Origin: Antedon mediterranea
Lineage: Eukaryota > Animalia > Echinodermata
NCBI RefSeq assembly: GCF_964355755.1
Contig: NC_092677.1
Coordinates: 5,540,101 to 5,604,100 of the forward strand
Length of the DNA stretch: 64,000 nucleotides
Direction: 5' to 3'
In this document: positions 46,827 through 60,174 of the stretch, piece by piece
Layout: each line of letters begins with the position of its first letter
Numbering within the stretch: position 1 is the stretch's first letter
Position numbers and translations under genes: made by a program
The notes under the pieces: model-generated
What the model was told of the DNA's origin: nothing
Seen by the model: only the letters and a program-made list of their open reading frames with translations
The model's database searches: none

Positions 46827-48049
46827 ACTAAATTCTATTACATGTCTTCCCAGGTAAACTAACGTTTTACCTTTACTATAACTTTAGTGAACATGGCTCT
46901 ACAAGGTATCTATAATTGATATTCATTACGATATGAAATCTATATAAAAAAAGTCAATAACATCGTTAAGTTATTTATGATACCACTATGTAGTGTTTTC
47001 AGTTTAATTACCGTAAAGCCAGAAAGAAGTTCAATAATTGTCTACCCACGTACAATGATTTAATATTGTTTGAATTTTCCGTAGAAAGAAGATAATTTAA
47101 TTAAAACTTATTTCACCATGCTCCCCTATCACAATACTTACTATTGATTGATTGATTGCATTTATTTTAGGAAGAAAATCTAGATATGCACAGTAACTTA
47201 AAGACACGTTAGCCTTGTTCCTACTATAAAACAATTACGTAAGTGCAACGCAATGGAGTTGACCAATCGATAGTTCGAATGATACATCGTTTTTGATTGG
47301 TCAAATCGTTACACTTACGTCCATGCGTTGGATTTCTAGTGACAAGCGACAGTTAGTTCGCATAATTCATTACTTGTGATTGATGTTTTGCACTTACATC
47401 CTTGCCTTAGGTTTTTAGCGACAATCAACAGTTCGAATACTCCATCGCTTGTAATTGATGCGTTGCGCAATAAAATCAATCAATCGTTCGATTCATATAG
47501 CGCCATTTAAACACGTCAATTAAAGATAACATATATGAATAAGAATTAAAGTTCTTCTCGGCCATTGTTCATTACAACATATGTACTGCATCACTTACCT
47601 CCTCCTCCCCCCCCCCCCGCCCACCCCGAATATATCTGACTTACAGATATATTATATATGATGATTTTCTGATATCTGATTCTCAGTCTATTACTGTATT
47701 TTTTCCAGTATTATATCCAACATCTTTCTATTATACAAAACATAATATGTAGCATAAGTCTAACCAACTCTTCATTTAAACAATTTACTTGGAATTAATG
47801 TTATAATTTAACTTTCTATTTGAGTACATATAAGTGTTTTTGTTTTAAAAGTAAAGTATACTGTATAGTGTATCGATGTTTATTTAATGTAAGAATACAA
47901 ACGGAAGTCGAACTAGTCTAATGTTTCCTGAACCACTCTTGTACTGTTTCCTGTGCCACATCATGTCAATTGGTATTCTTTTCTACACTTTCACTACATT
48001 ACAACGGAACTGCTGCATCGGCAAAACATTATGGCATTCTAAGACCAAA

Positions 48050-51000
48050 ATGTATGCTCGCGCATTGGCTTTGCTATCTATCCCGTGTATTTTCGGTAAG
48101 TCGCCGGCAAATGTATTATATGTGTACAATATATGTGTAAAATAGTGTGTAAGGAATTAACAGTAGGCCTACGTAAACTTACATATTATCCACTATTTTG
48201 TAACTACGGTAGAAGGCCTGAATAGGCCTAATGTCAATTTTCACCTTTTCTTTCATTGATGTTTTGATGTTTACTTGATACATATGTACATTAGTAGGCC
48301 TACTTGTTCTCGTGGGAGTATTCGGTACACCACTATATAGTTTTGAAAAAAACTGTTGAGTTTCTCGACGTTTCGATCAATATTCTTTGATCGTCCTCAG
48401 GAGTGAGAATATGTTGGTACATATTACAACACAAATTCTGTATCTTAAGTCAGTGTATTAACATCTGATAGCACATTGCACAAAAGTCTCAATTCAACAA
48501 AAAGACAAAACTCCATGAAAAGATCCTAAGCTAACCAAGTAGCGCATGATAAATTAATTAAGAAACAAGTTGGGTATTTTCAGCATCTACGGTCGTCACA
48601 CCACCTTTCAATCAATATGTGAAATACAACCTTCAACTTATTTGTACGGATGATGACAGGGACTCTACTCAACCGGAATGGATTTCACCCTCAAATACAA
48701 AAATAGATACATTTAAGTCACCAGGAGGTAAGTTATGAAAGGGATCACGTAAGTGTGTTAACAAGCAACAACAACAGGAGGCTGAGCTCAGGAGATCAAA
48801 GGGTATATCTGTGGCTGCGACACGATCAATTCCACGCCCCTTAACAGACACCACTCGCCGTGCACATAGTAGTACTGTTGGTATTTGTCGCAGCCAGACA
48901 TAAAATCAAAGGACTGTTACGAGTTCCTATATTGTCAAGGCGAGCTCAGTGTCCTTGGAACGTCGAAGGTACATAACTGTACCCGATCGCATGTGATGCA
49001 ATTTATTATTATGATTAAATAATAATAAGAAAAAAAAACACAGGATTTAACAGGATAATAATAATAATGATATAATACGCACAGTCCTTGTGCAAAACAT
49101 TATATTATTATTGTTCCGGGGTACAAACATTTTAATACACCATAGTTAGGGCATATTTCAATTCAAGATGAAAAGTGTGGTTTATTATGATATTGTTTAT
49201 AATGTTTATCATATTTATTTTGTAGCTAATTGTGATAATACAGCAGCCTGTAATGCCGAATTTGGTCATTACTGTGAAAATGCATTTGCTGATTGTGTTG
49301 ATGGACATTGTATCTGCCAGCAGTTTGGAATTGACCCATGTTCTTGTTTAGGTATTGTATTATTATTATTACTATCAATTCAATTCAATTCAAATAAACA
49401 TTTATTTCTTTCATTCATATTTGAGTAAAAAACATTATAATTTCTGATATTTTATATATAAATATTTTTTTTAGAGATATAATACATTAAATCATAATGT
49501 ATAAAAAAAAAAAAAAAAAACTATCGTCGATTTAAATACACGTAGCAGGAAGGTGTAATGTTTTATGTGATTATTTTCAATTGTAATAAACTATTTCTAG
49601 AGGGGTGTATTAGTTAGTAGAAGTTATTTCAGTAAAGACATACCGGGAATAATCTCCTCTTCAGTAACAACAGTAATGACGAAGAAATAAATTTGCCATT
49701 TCACAAATGTCATAGGCCCTAATGCAGATACTTATGTTTTTTATTCTACATGAGTTATACTTAAAAGCAAAAGTACTGTTAAAAAAATATCTCATTATAT
49801 TCGAGGTAATCCAACAACAGGATGCTCAGCTCCGGAGATCAAAGGTGTTATATGTGGCTGCGACACGATCAGTTAAGTTCCACGCCTCATAGCAGACACC
49901 GCGCGCCGCGAAGAATATGTACATTACAGTACTGGTTGGTATTTGTCGCAGCCAGACAACTGATCAAATGACTGTTACGAGTTCCTATCTTGGCACGGCG
50001 AGCTCAGTATCGTGTTGTTAGACTGTCTTGCTATATTGAACGTGTTTTCAAAGTGAATTATCGAATGGGTGTAAGAGGCTTCGATTGGTGAACTTTTCTA
50101 TGATATATGTTTTTTTAATGTGTCTAATTTTGTATTTCAGTTTCACTTAATGATTGCTCTATGGTAAGAGGAAACGATGGAACAATTTCTGTCGCTACTT
50201 CGGTTAATACTGAGCCTATCCAGTACACAAGCTGTAGATCTGAGACTTCAGCAGTTACTGAGGTCTACATCATAGCAATGGTGTATGGAATTGCATCTCC
50301 AAGCTTCACGAACGTTAATGTCAACATATTAAACCGAAACAACCGTACAGATAAAGAGATTGTAATCGTTTTGGTTTCGGATCGACTCGTGTTTTGGAGA
50401 GTAAATATTAACAATAATGAGACGATACATAGGTTGGTGCATGTATGTACACATTCAACTATTTTTAGAAACATGATTTCTAAAACCCCTCCTGAAATAA
50501 AATAAAAACAATCTATACACATTACTGAGACTTTAGAACAAGCAGAAACTGCAATCAAAATTGTATTGTACTTGGGAACAAAACAATAATGAACACCAAA
50601 CAAATGTTTATTATAAAAAAGTAATTGACATTCACAGTTGAATTAATAAATATAAGTACCACGTATTCATTCAAAAAAGTGAAAAACTTCTCCTTAAAAT
50701 TTAAACATTCTTACATGCAAATGAGTACCACATGGAGAATGTGTCATCATTTTATGTTCCTATGTTAAGATTAGTTAGATAACTTTTTAATAACATTCAA
50801 CCAATTGATTTATTTGCAATATCCAGCTTTCAAGATATCAAGATGAAAATAATTTTGAAATCCACGGTCAGGTTACCGCTATTCACAAGCCAAAGGGTGC
50901 ACCATACGGGATCGGAGACGATGCAATATATGGTGGGAAAACAGTCGATATGCTGCTTTACCTAAAAGAAAACTACGGTCACGTGTCCTCCTTCACAGGA

Positions 51001-54000
51001 ACTTCCACAGCTACCTCGTGGGACATTTCCATAGACTTGGCAAGAACTAGACAGTCTCGAAATGGAAATAATCCTACAGGTCTGATATTGCTTAAGTTAT
51101 TTGAAGTGGAGGTCTACACTTAACGATAACAGAATTAAGTGTTGATTTTGTGACTGATTCTGAGAGAAGTTTTATATTGTAAAATGTTTTTATTTTCCAG
51201 TTGTTTTTACTGAAAATGTATTCCCGTGGAAAACGAAGCTGACGATAGTTGGATTACGGGAGCCCAAAGATTATGGCAATTACACTTGCAGAGGCAAGAA
51301 CTCCCAAAGCAATGTGCAAATAATTAAAAAAGGTAACCATTTTCAATATTTGTTTTATATAAGAAAATAAGATTCCAGGTTCTCATAAACATAACTTATT
51401 AATATATTACTGTACACACTATTCAAAATATATTTTTCAAACAATTATTGTAGGAAGTGTCTATATATAAAAGTATGTAAAATCAAATCAGTAATCCATA
51501 TAATATCAGTATAATATAGATTGTTTTTTATTCATTATTGGTTAATTTGGTTACTTGCATTAAACTTTTCCTAGCCAATATATCCTATATATATATAATT
51601 AATTATGCGATAATAAACCTGGAATAAAAAATAATTTATCATATTTTTTGTTTAATGTTAGAAAGTACAGTGGTAGAAGCACCACATCGACAGAATCTTA
51701 ATTTTGGAGAAGATGGAATTATAATGTGTAATGTTACCGGTATTCCAAAACCAACGGTATCATGGACATTCAATGGAAACTTAATCAGTGAATCAGGTAA
51801 AAACCATATGTCAATTATATCATTTAATATGTTTGATTGGATTACATACTTCCCACTACGTGATAACTTGCTTTTTACGCATTAAAGTTTATATTTCATT
51901 TATGTAGAACAATATACAATACTATCAGAAGGCTCTTTGAAGATTACCAAGGTGGACAAAGATGACTCTGGCACTTACGAGTGTCGAGGAGTTCAGTCGG
52001 AAAATGATCCAAGTTGTGAAGAAACAATCCAAGTTACACTTACACAATATAGTAAGTTTAGTTGTCATTGTAGAATAATAACATTTCTTGATCAATCTCA
52101 ATTGATAATAAATATATTTACTTACTGGACCTGACTTTGCCGGTGGTTTCTTTTTTTTTCTTTTTAGTCGCGTGGAAGCGACTCTATAGTTCACTATGTC
52201 GGTCGGTCGGTCTGTCTGTCGGTCGGTCTGTCTGTCGGTCTGTCTGTCTGTCTGTCGGTCCGGTATCACTATGCGTTTTATCGCTTTCTGACCTTATCTT
52301 GATATCAGTTTAATCTAGCTAGGTCAATTTTTCACAGTATATTCCTTATGGCCAGGAATCAATGTGGTTATGTTTTCACGGTGCGCAATAAAAAATTACG
52401 CGGTCTACGCACGATTTAACGAAATCACGTTTGTAATCATATCTTCACAACCATGAATCACAATTAAATAAATTTTGTACTCATAAATTTCAGGGCATAA
52501 ATCATCATATGACAATACAATTACGTGCGTAGCGCATGTAACGCATGCGTACGCGCGCTTAACATTTTCAAAATTTATTTTCGATGAAATAAGAGTACAT
52601 TTCAGGCAATTTTAAGCGTTTACAAAATTGCCATGAGTGCGCATATTTTTGCGCGCGCACTGCGCGTTAAATGTTATTGCGCACTCTTTTTGCCCGATTT
52701 CTGTTTTCTTGACTTACTTTTCAACTCGAAATTACGTTATACGAGCACGTCGAAAGTGACAGGCTACGCACGTGTAAATTTAAAAAAAATAAATGTTTTT
52801 AAACATTTCAACATTTTTAAACATGTTCAGTAATTTCGGTCAGTATAGTTCACTATGTCGGTCGGTCGGTCTCTCTGTCTGTCTGTCTGTCGGTCTGTCG
52901 GTCTGTCTGTCGGTCTGTCGGTCTGTCTGTCGGTCCGGTATCACTATGCATTGTAGCACGCGACTTAATGGCTGTTGGCCTTGTTTGTTATTAGTTTATT
53001 TTTTTTCGTTTTTTCCCTTTTTAGTCGCGTGGAAGCGACTCTATAGTTCACTAAGTCGGTCGGTCGGTCTGTCTGTCTGTCGGTCTGTCTGTCGGTCTGT
53101 ATGTCGGTCTGTCTGTCTGTCTGTCGGTCCGGTATCACTATGCGTTTTGTCGCTTTATGACCTTATCTTGATATCAGTTTAATCTAGCTAAGTCAATTTT
53201 TCACAGAATATTCCTTATGACCAGGAATCGATGTGGTTATGTTTTCACGGTGCGCAATAAAAAATTACGCGGTCTACGCACGATTTAACGAAATCACGTT
53301 TGTAATCATATCTTAACAACCATGAATCACAATTAAATAAAATTTGGTACTCATAAATTTCAGGGCATAAATCATCATATGGCAATACAATTACGTGCGT
53401 AGCGCATGTAACGCATGCGTACGCGCGCCTAAAATTTTCAAAATTTATTTTCGATGAAATAAGAGTACGTTTCAGGCAATTTTAAGCGTTTACAAAATTG
53501 CCATGAGTGCGCAGATTTTTGCGCGCGCACTGCGCGTTAAATGTTATTGTGCACACTTTTTGCCCGATTTCTGTTTTCTTGACTTAATTTTCAACTCGAA
53601 ATTACGTTATACGAGCACGTCAAATGTGACAGGCTACGCACGTGTAAATTAAAAAAATATAAATGTTTTTAAACATTTCAACATTTTTAAACATGTTCAG
53701 TAATTTCGGTCAGTATAGTTCACTATGTCGGTCAGTCCGTCTGTCTGTCGGTCTGTCTGTCTGTCAGTCTGTTTGTCTGTCGGTCCGGTATCACTATGCA
53801 TTGTAGCACGCGACTTAATGGCTGTTGGCCTTGTTTCAATTTGTTTTTCTTTTCTTTTCTTTTTTCGTTTTTTCTTCATTTAATGTTTATCCTATTTGTA
53901 GCTAATTGTGATAATACAGCAGCCTGTAATGCCGAATTTGGTCATTACTGTGAAAATGCATTTGCTGATTGTGTTGATGGACATTGTATCTGCCAGCAGT

Positions 54001-55761
54001 TGGGAATTGACCCATGTTCTTGCTTAGGTATTGTATTATAAAATTATTGCAGTCGTCGATTTAAGGAAGGAAGGTATAATGTTTTATGTTCTTGTTTTCA
54101 ATTTAATAAACTATTTCTAGAGGGGTGTATTAGTTAGTATAAGTTATTTCAGTAAAGACATACCGGAAATAGTCTCCTCTTCAGTAACAACAGTAATGAT
54201 GAAGAAATAAATTGTTTTAAAGGCAATTTCACAAATATCCGTCATAATTCATTTTCTTGTTTTTTTTTGTTTTCTTTTTTCTAGGTTTTTTTTTTCTATT
54301 TTTCTTTTCTTCTTTGTTTAATTTTTTTTCCTTTTTTTTTTATTTTTTCTTTCTTTTTTCCTTTGTATTTTTTTATTTTTTATCTTTTTTTCCCTTCATT
54401 TTTTAAAATGTTATTTTTATTTTCTTCTTTTTTTCTTTCATTCTTTATTTCTTTCTTTTTTTCTTTTTGTTTTTAATTTTGTTTATTCCTTCTGTTTCTT
54501 TCCTTTTTTTTTTCTTTTTTTAAAAAATATATTAAACGTTTATTATTTTTTCAGAAAGAAGTATCAAACAAGTTGACATAAACACCCCAACAAAACTAGT
54601 TAAGGTGAAATGCAGTGCCAAGCTCTGTTTCAGAAAATGTGTTGTTTTGAATATTGACAGTTTTCCGTTCAAAGGTGAAGTATAACAAATTAGTATTACA
54701 TAAGAAGTTCAATTAATCTGAGAATTATTTCATCAATTGTTATGGAAGTTTTGTATCATATTTTTTTATATTCAATACTGGTCAGTTTTGTTTGAAGATA
54801 CATGTATTTATTCTATGTACTATAATAAAAAAAGTTGAATTAAAATTAAAGATATTAAATAAAAAAACAAAATGAATGGTTGAAATATCCAAACTAGAAA
54901 GTAAAACTTGCCTTATTAGGATATTTTGTTAATTAAGTAAAGAAAGACAACACATAAATAAAATAATAATCTTTCATAAAGAATAAGTTTAATCAAGTTA
55001 GAACGATAATGCAATATATTTATCTTTCTTTGTTTTAACACAGGCTATAATACTACACGTTTCCTGTTTACAAATTGCACTCAAGCTACTAACAGGACAT
55101 TTAAATGCTCTGGGTTTAAATGTTACAATAGTGATATATATTCAAACATTCCTGTAACAATTAAGGTACGTCTTGTTAGTACCTAGACGAACAGCCATAT
55201 GATAGATACAGATGTTTCTCCTTTAAGAAAAAATGAACATAACTGATCATTTTAAGTTATTAATAAATTTATCAATATTTGACGACTTATCACCATATCC
55301 ATCGAACAATGCTCACTCGACGAATCGTAATGACATTCGTTTTCATATGTGTGCGCACACACATACCCGATTTTTACTCATGCGTACAACTGCACATTTG
55401 GACATGGATACTTAAGTTTGACATTTTATATCGTTTTCTCCTTTACAATTATAGTTTATGAAAGAAACCAATATGTAGGGTATTGAATGCACAAAGTTGT
55501 AGGATCATAGACATTTATTTAATTATTCAATAAGTAAAAACAATATTTTTAATTTCATTTCAGTTTCAATCAAATGTTTGCACAAGCATATGGTTTGATA
55601 GAAAAACTCAAACGCAAGGGCCTAATATTTTCGTACGTGTTTCAGGTGGCCAGAACAAATTAAATGGTACCAAGAATACTATATCCAATGTTATCCAAAA
55701 GAATCAATCCAATGGTACTACCGACAACAATGAATCAAATGACACCCGCAAGAACAATTAA
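48050..55761 (+). CDS. Gene C: secreted chimeric protein, SP-Cys-rich module-unknown domain-half Ig-Ig-duplicated Cys-rich module-tentative C-terminal exons
   Basis: Exons 48050-48095 (MYARALALLSIPCIF), 49226-49351, 50141-50442, 50827-51079, 51201-51332 (KLTIVGL...DYGNYTC), 51662-51796 plus 51908-52051 (Ig: C-NVTGIPKPTVSW...LKITKVDKDDSGTYEC), 53902-54027. Weaker: 55044-55165 and 55564-55761 (stop). Phases are compatible; the 3' part is uncertain. Confidence 0.65.
48364..48403 (-). ncRNA. Penelope-type minimal hammerhead ribozyme motif, copy 2
   Basis: Minus strand reads CTC-CTGAGGA-c-GATCAA-agaata-TTGATC-GAAAC-GTC-GAG: CUGANGA and GAAA cores, 6-bp stem II, CUC/GAG stem I, GUC cleavage triplet. 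Confidence 0.72.
48772..48952. repeat. ~180-bp repeat with internal inverted repeats; second copy at ~49812-50010
   Basis: ctgagctc...tggctgcgaca...tgtcgcagcca...gagctcag; both copies are in gene C introns. Confidence 0.75.
52161..53835. mobile_element. Two tandem, near-identical Helentron/HINE (DINE-1-like) elements, 52161-52985 and 53018-53835; short copies at ~23148-23302, ~40487-40603, ~41883-41981
   Basis: T-rich insertion sites, subterminal inverted repeat AGTCGCGTG / CACGCGACT, (GTCG/GTCT)n microsatellites, 3' ggctgttggcc hairpin, no TSD. Confidence 0.78.
53881..54235 (+). repeat. Recent segmental copy of ~49200-49710, including the Cys-rich exon
   Basis: The exon differs at 2 of 126 nt; downstream intron sequence (ctatttctagaggggtgtattagttag...) is also shared. 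Confidence 0.92.
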
Positions 55762-56276
55762 AGGGTTAGGCCTAGCAAAAACAAAACATCAATTTGTTGA
55801 AAAAACGTTGAGTGATGATCACCTAGAAAGCTCAATCAATCATGTGCACACCACGCACATTTTTTAGTCTTACGCAAATAATCAAATTTCGCTAGATTTC
55901 ATTCCTACCAATAAATATGCTTTAAACTCCATTAAAAAAAATGAATTACTCTCAAAACCTATGTTCATCATTTATTTATGCTTGTATCACGTTAAATTTG
56001 TAATATTTAGTAACATGTGTACGAAAATCAACGTACTTCTTCAAAACGTTCCTAAGTATACTGCCCTCTATTGGAATTATAATTTTGATCAAATTCTTGC
56101 ATTGTTCAAACTTTTACGAATTTCCTGATAATGTTCACGTATATGTATATTTTTTTAATGACATAATAAATATATTCATACTACAGTTGTGTTTATTTCT
56201 CTGACATACATGGACAAAATAACAAACACATAGTAGTAATAGGCCGAATTTAAAATTATGCAGCGTTGCTACTCTA

Positions 56277-56373
56277 TGACGTGAAGTACTATACTTCCGG
56301 CAAATTTCATACATTAGTTTAAAACCCCCGTTACGGAAGTGTGCAAGTTAGTGTCAAGAAGAGAAGCACGTCA
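56277..56373 (+). promoter_or_regulatory. Candidate proximal promoter of gene D
   Basis: TGACGT (56277), ACTTCCGG (56293), CGGAAGT (56334) and CACGTCA (56367): paired CRE-half and ETS motifs 120-220 bp upstream of the ATG. Confidence 0.45.
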
Positions 56374-56494
56374 CACAGTGTCACAATAGTGCTTACTATA
56401 TCAAAGAATATCACATATTGTGTAAATGTGAATTTCAAAAGGAATTCAATGCGGCATTGTTTTGCCAAACGGAGTAAGATATTCTCATCCTACT

Positions 56495-59400
56495 ATGGCG
56501 AATAAATCTTACATTTTGCTTGGATTTTTAATTGTGCAAGGTAAGAAAATCCACGTTATTTTAAACGCAACAATGATTCATAAGCCATATCATAATTATT
56601 CAACAGTATATGTAGGCCTACTTTTATACCACTGTCTATACGTGATAATAGGTGGGTACACATGTGTATAACCCTATAGCTATAGATTCTGGTAATTTCA
56701 ATAATGATCGTCTTTCAACTTAAGATTCTGTGAACAGAAAATAAGTACCATGTGAATGGAACAGCAACGTAACTTATTGTTGAAGTAGTTAGCCTAATTT
56801 ACATACACATAGTATCATACTGTTGTTACATTTGCGGCACCTAGAATATTAAGATAAGTTAATAATAATAATAGCATACCTACGATATATACACGGTCTA
56901 CATTGATTATTGTAGTGTGGTAATTCAAGGAATGTAATGTTATAGTAGGTTTGCCTTGGGATTTTACCAATTGAATACTAACAAATCTAGGCCTACTGAG
57001 TAGTGTATCTGTAATGTAAGGCTAAAAGAAGCACTATGACCCCCGAAAACAGCTCTCTGTCTCAACTGGGTAGGCCCTATGGATGTTTTGGAAGAGGTCC
57101 ACCTCCTCGAAGCGATATATGATGTTTATTGTCACTTTCAAAGATTACCTAGGCTGGAGTTTTTATCCAAAGGAATGGATTTTGTCATCTAAGATGTAAA
57201 TGGAAAAATACGTAAACATTTACTCAGGTTATTTTGAGAACTGAGCAAAATCTCAGAGTTATAATTTTTGTTTTGCTAAAAAAGTTTTTTTTTAAATTGG
57301 CCACATGGTTAGTGTAACATAATTTTAACGAACTTAAAGACGTTGTTTTGGGGGTTAGGGAAACATTGCCAATCTGCTGTTATTATCAAATTTATTACAT
57401 TGACATTGGTATTTGTATGTGATGGAAACAGATTAACATTTTATAATAATCTATAGTCCCTCTCATGTATACTTTACTAAACTACAAACCTGCCAAACAT
57501 ACAATGTATACAAAAAAATAGAGATACCGATTCCGGACACGCGCTTCCTGCTGCAGACAAGTTAAAATTATTAGTCATGATAATAAGACAAATTTGGAAA
57601 GGACTTGCTCACAGATGACAAGACAACATCATGACACATAAACATGGTGGATCCTCATTGTATCTATGGTAGAAAACAGGTTCATGTGCTTCAGTCAAAT
57701 TAGGTATTGAAATCATGGTAATGAGTTTACCTGATTTTACACATTTTTTTTTATCTTGAATAAAAAATAATAATTGTAACGCCTAGAAGACCTCTTCTCT
57801 AAATTGTCACCTTCTTTATAACACATTCCACTACCATGACTAATCAAATTAAATGTACGGTATGCTATATATATATATAGATTAGACGGGTTACGTCATT
57901 TCACCTATTCTCACAAGATCTAGAAACTCCTAGGTTTGATACAAAAGAAACCCTCCGAGCAAACCATCGAGGGCAATGAATAGTATCTTAACACTATGTG
58001 AACATTTTGGTAGATCCCGACGTTGCCTCCTTTAATATGACTATATACTAATTGATAAAACCATTGAGGTAAAACATTGTTTAGACAAATATTATTTTTC
58101 CTCCGTAATAAAACAAAATGCTTTCTTTGTCGATATAGGTCTTGGTTGTGCACTTTCACAATCAGTTGATGTTACAGCTAATCAGCGAGTGGTCAAAGGT
58201 CAACGAGTTAGTATCACGTGTCGGATAACCAGTAGAAATCTACAATACGATGTCCGATGGTCACTTGGTGATCAGTTAGTAAGTAGTTAGTTGTCGTGCC
58301 TAATTTACCTGGAAAAACCAAACGTAGTCATCGCTCTCTCCGGGAAGATGATAATGATACAAAAAGTGTCTTGATCAACCCTTCGCCATAATAGATTAAT
58401 CCGTTCAAAGACTACCATCACCACTGTTGGTTTGTGTAATTTAGATGAAATCAATACCAAAAATATTGTCAATGATCTAACCACTTCACAATTTAAAAAT
58501 CAAAGCATATAATAGAAAAATAAAAATAAGGATAAGTAAGGATACAATTATGTGTATTATTAAATTATTATTTTTCTATAAATAGATTACTAACAATACA
58601 ATAGTAACGTTTAAGGAGCGTAGCAACCGTTATCAAGTTATACACCAAAGTATTGGCATTTGGGAATTAGTAATCCATAGTGCTCGACTTGATGATAGTG
58701 GCAAGTGGAGATGTACGAAGATGTCATCAAAACCTCCAATATCCGACTCCATGGAGTTGAGTGTCAATGGTCCAGGAGGTACGTATGTAAATGAAGATGA
58801 GAACAAAATAGATTGTATTCGAATGACTGAGGCAAACCGTGGACATACAATCAGCACAGAACAAGGCTCTCCTCGACCGTAGGTTTGGTTTTAGAACAAG
58901 TCTACTTAACACTGGAGGTCCAGTGTATACTTGCTCGTGAGCACACTTCCACTTTTAAGAACGCAGTGCATGTCTCAGAAAAGATAGGTGTTTACCCCGG
59001 TGTACTTACAGTAGCCAATCATCCCTGTTGGCCGTGGTTCCATGGAGGGTATAATCCGAATTTTCTCAGTTTACAGTTAATCTTGATGACAATTATTATA
59101 ATTAAACTTAAAAGAAATCAAAAGTGTCTCTAAAATGTGTATTCCTGCTACAAAATAAGTATTTATTTGTTCTTTAGTGGCTCCAGTGATCAAGTGGATC
59201 ACACCCACACAGAATGTCAAAGTTGGAGATTACGTTCGCTTAGAGTGCAATGCAACAGGAGATCCATACCCAACAATAATGTGGTACAGTCCATCAAGAC
59301 AAGTCTTGCCAACAAACATTATCTCTTTTACTGGTGAAGTATACCAGTTTGTTGTTGACCGTGTTGACATTATTGACATCATCACCTGCTTTGCCAAAAA

Positions 59401-59880
59401 CACCATTGGAAATATGTCAAAGACTGTTCGTATTAATGTACTGTGTAAGTTTTACTGAATCAATAAAGGATCGTATCAATATTAGCCTACTGCAGTTACT
59501 GCAGTATTTATTTGCTGTAATATTGCAGTTGCTTTGTTTATTTGATAGTTTGGTTTACTTATTATATTAAGATGGTTTTAATTCTTTTTCAGCTAAACCA
59601 TTTCTCAGGTCTAAGGAAAGCAGTCGATTTTTAATACCAACGTGGGCTCTACTGAACACTACCCTCACTTGTAAATTTGGTGGACATCCAAAAGTGACCA
59701 TAACATGGCTTCGATGGAACGGCACTCTATTTGAGTCGGTTCCAATTAAATCTACACAAATATTATCAATAAGTACTATAACCGTTCCTGTCAAAACAGT
59801 GACGGATTTTACCAGATACCAATGCAGAGCTGAAAATCAACTAGGAGTTGCTCAGCACACAATGAGACTTGTTCCGGGTG
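56495..59880 (+). CDS. Gene D: three-Ig-domain protein, IgLON/lachesin/amalgam-like
   Basis: Exons 56495-56540 (MANKSYILLGFLIVQ), 58139-58278 plus 58586-58778 (Ig1: VSITC...VRW...WELVIHSARLDDSGKWRC), 59178-59444 (Ig2: VRLECNATGDPYPTIMW...ITCFAKN), 59593-59880 (Ig3: LTCKFGGHPKVTITW...DFTRYQCRAENQLG). Possible last exon 61268-61320 (weak). Confidence 0.82.
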
Positions 59881-60174
59881 GTAAGAATTTCACATTTTCT
59901 TTCTTTCGTATAACAACTTTGATAGACTACAGATCGTGTACCAACCGCGATTTGATACTCGTTCCAGTCGGTACCTCTCCTTTGGGTAAACTTATTCCAA
60001 AGATTGAAAGACATTACCAGGTTTTGAAAAACTATTACGTTAATGTGATAAATCAACAGATGAGGAACTTTGTTATAGTATTATATAATATGCCTCTCTG
60101 ATTGAATAAATAGACTTATTTATTATCATTAAATAATTATTATAATATAATAATTATGTAATGATAATAAATAG

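Noticed and set aside
51925-53879. ORFs with TDRQ / SVCL repeats
   Set aside because: Translations of the (GTCT/GTCG)n microsatellite in Helentron-like elements.
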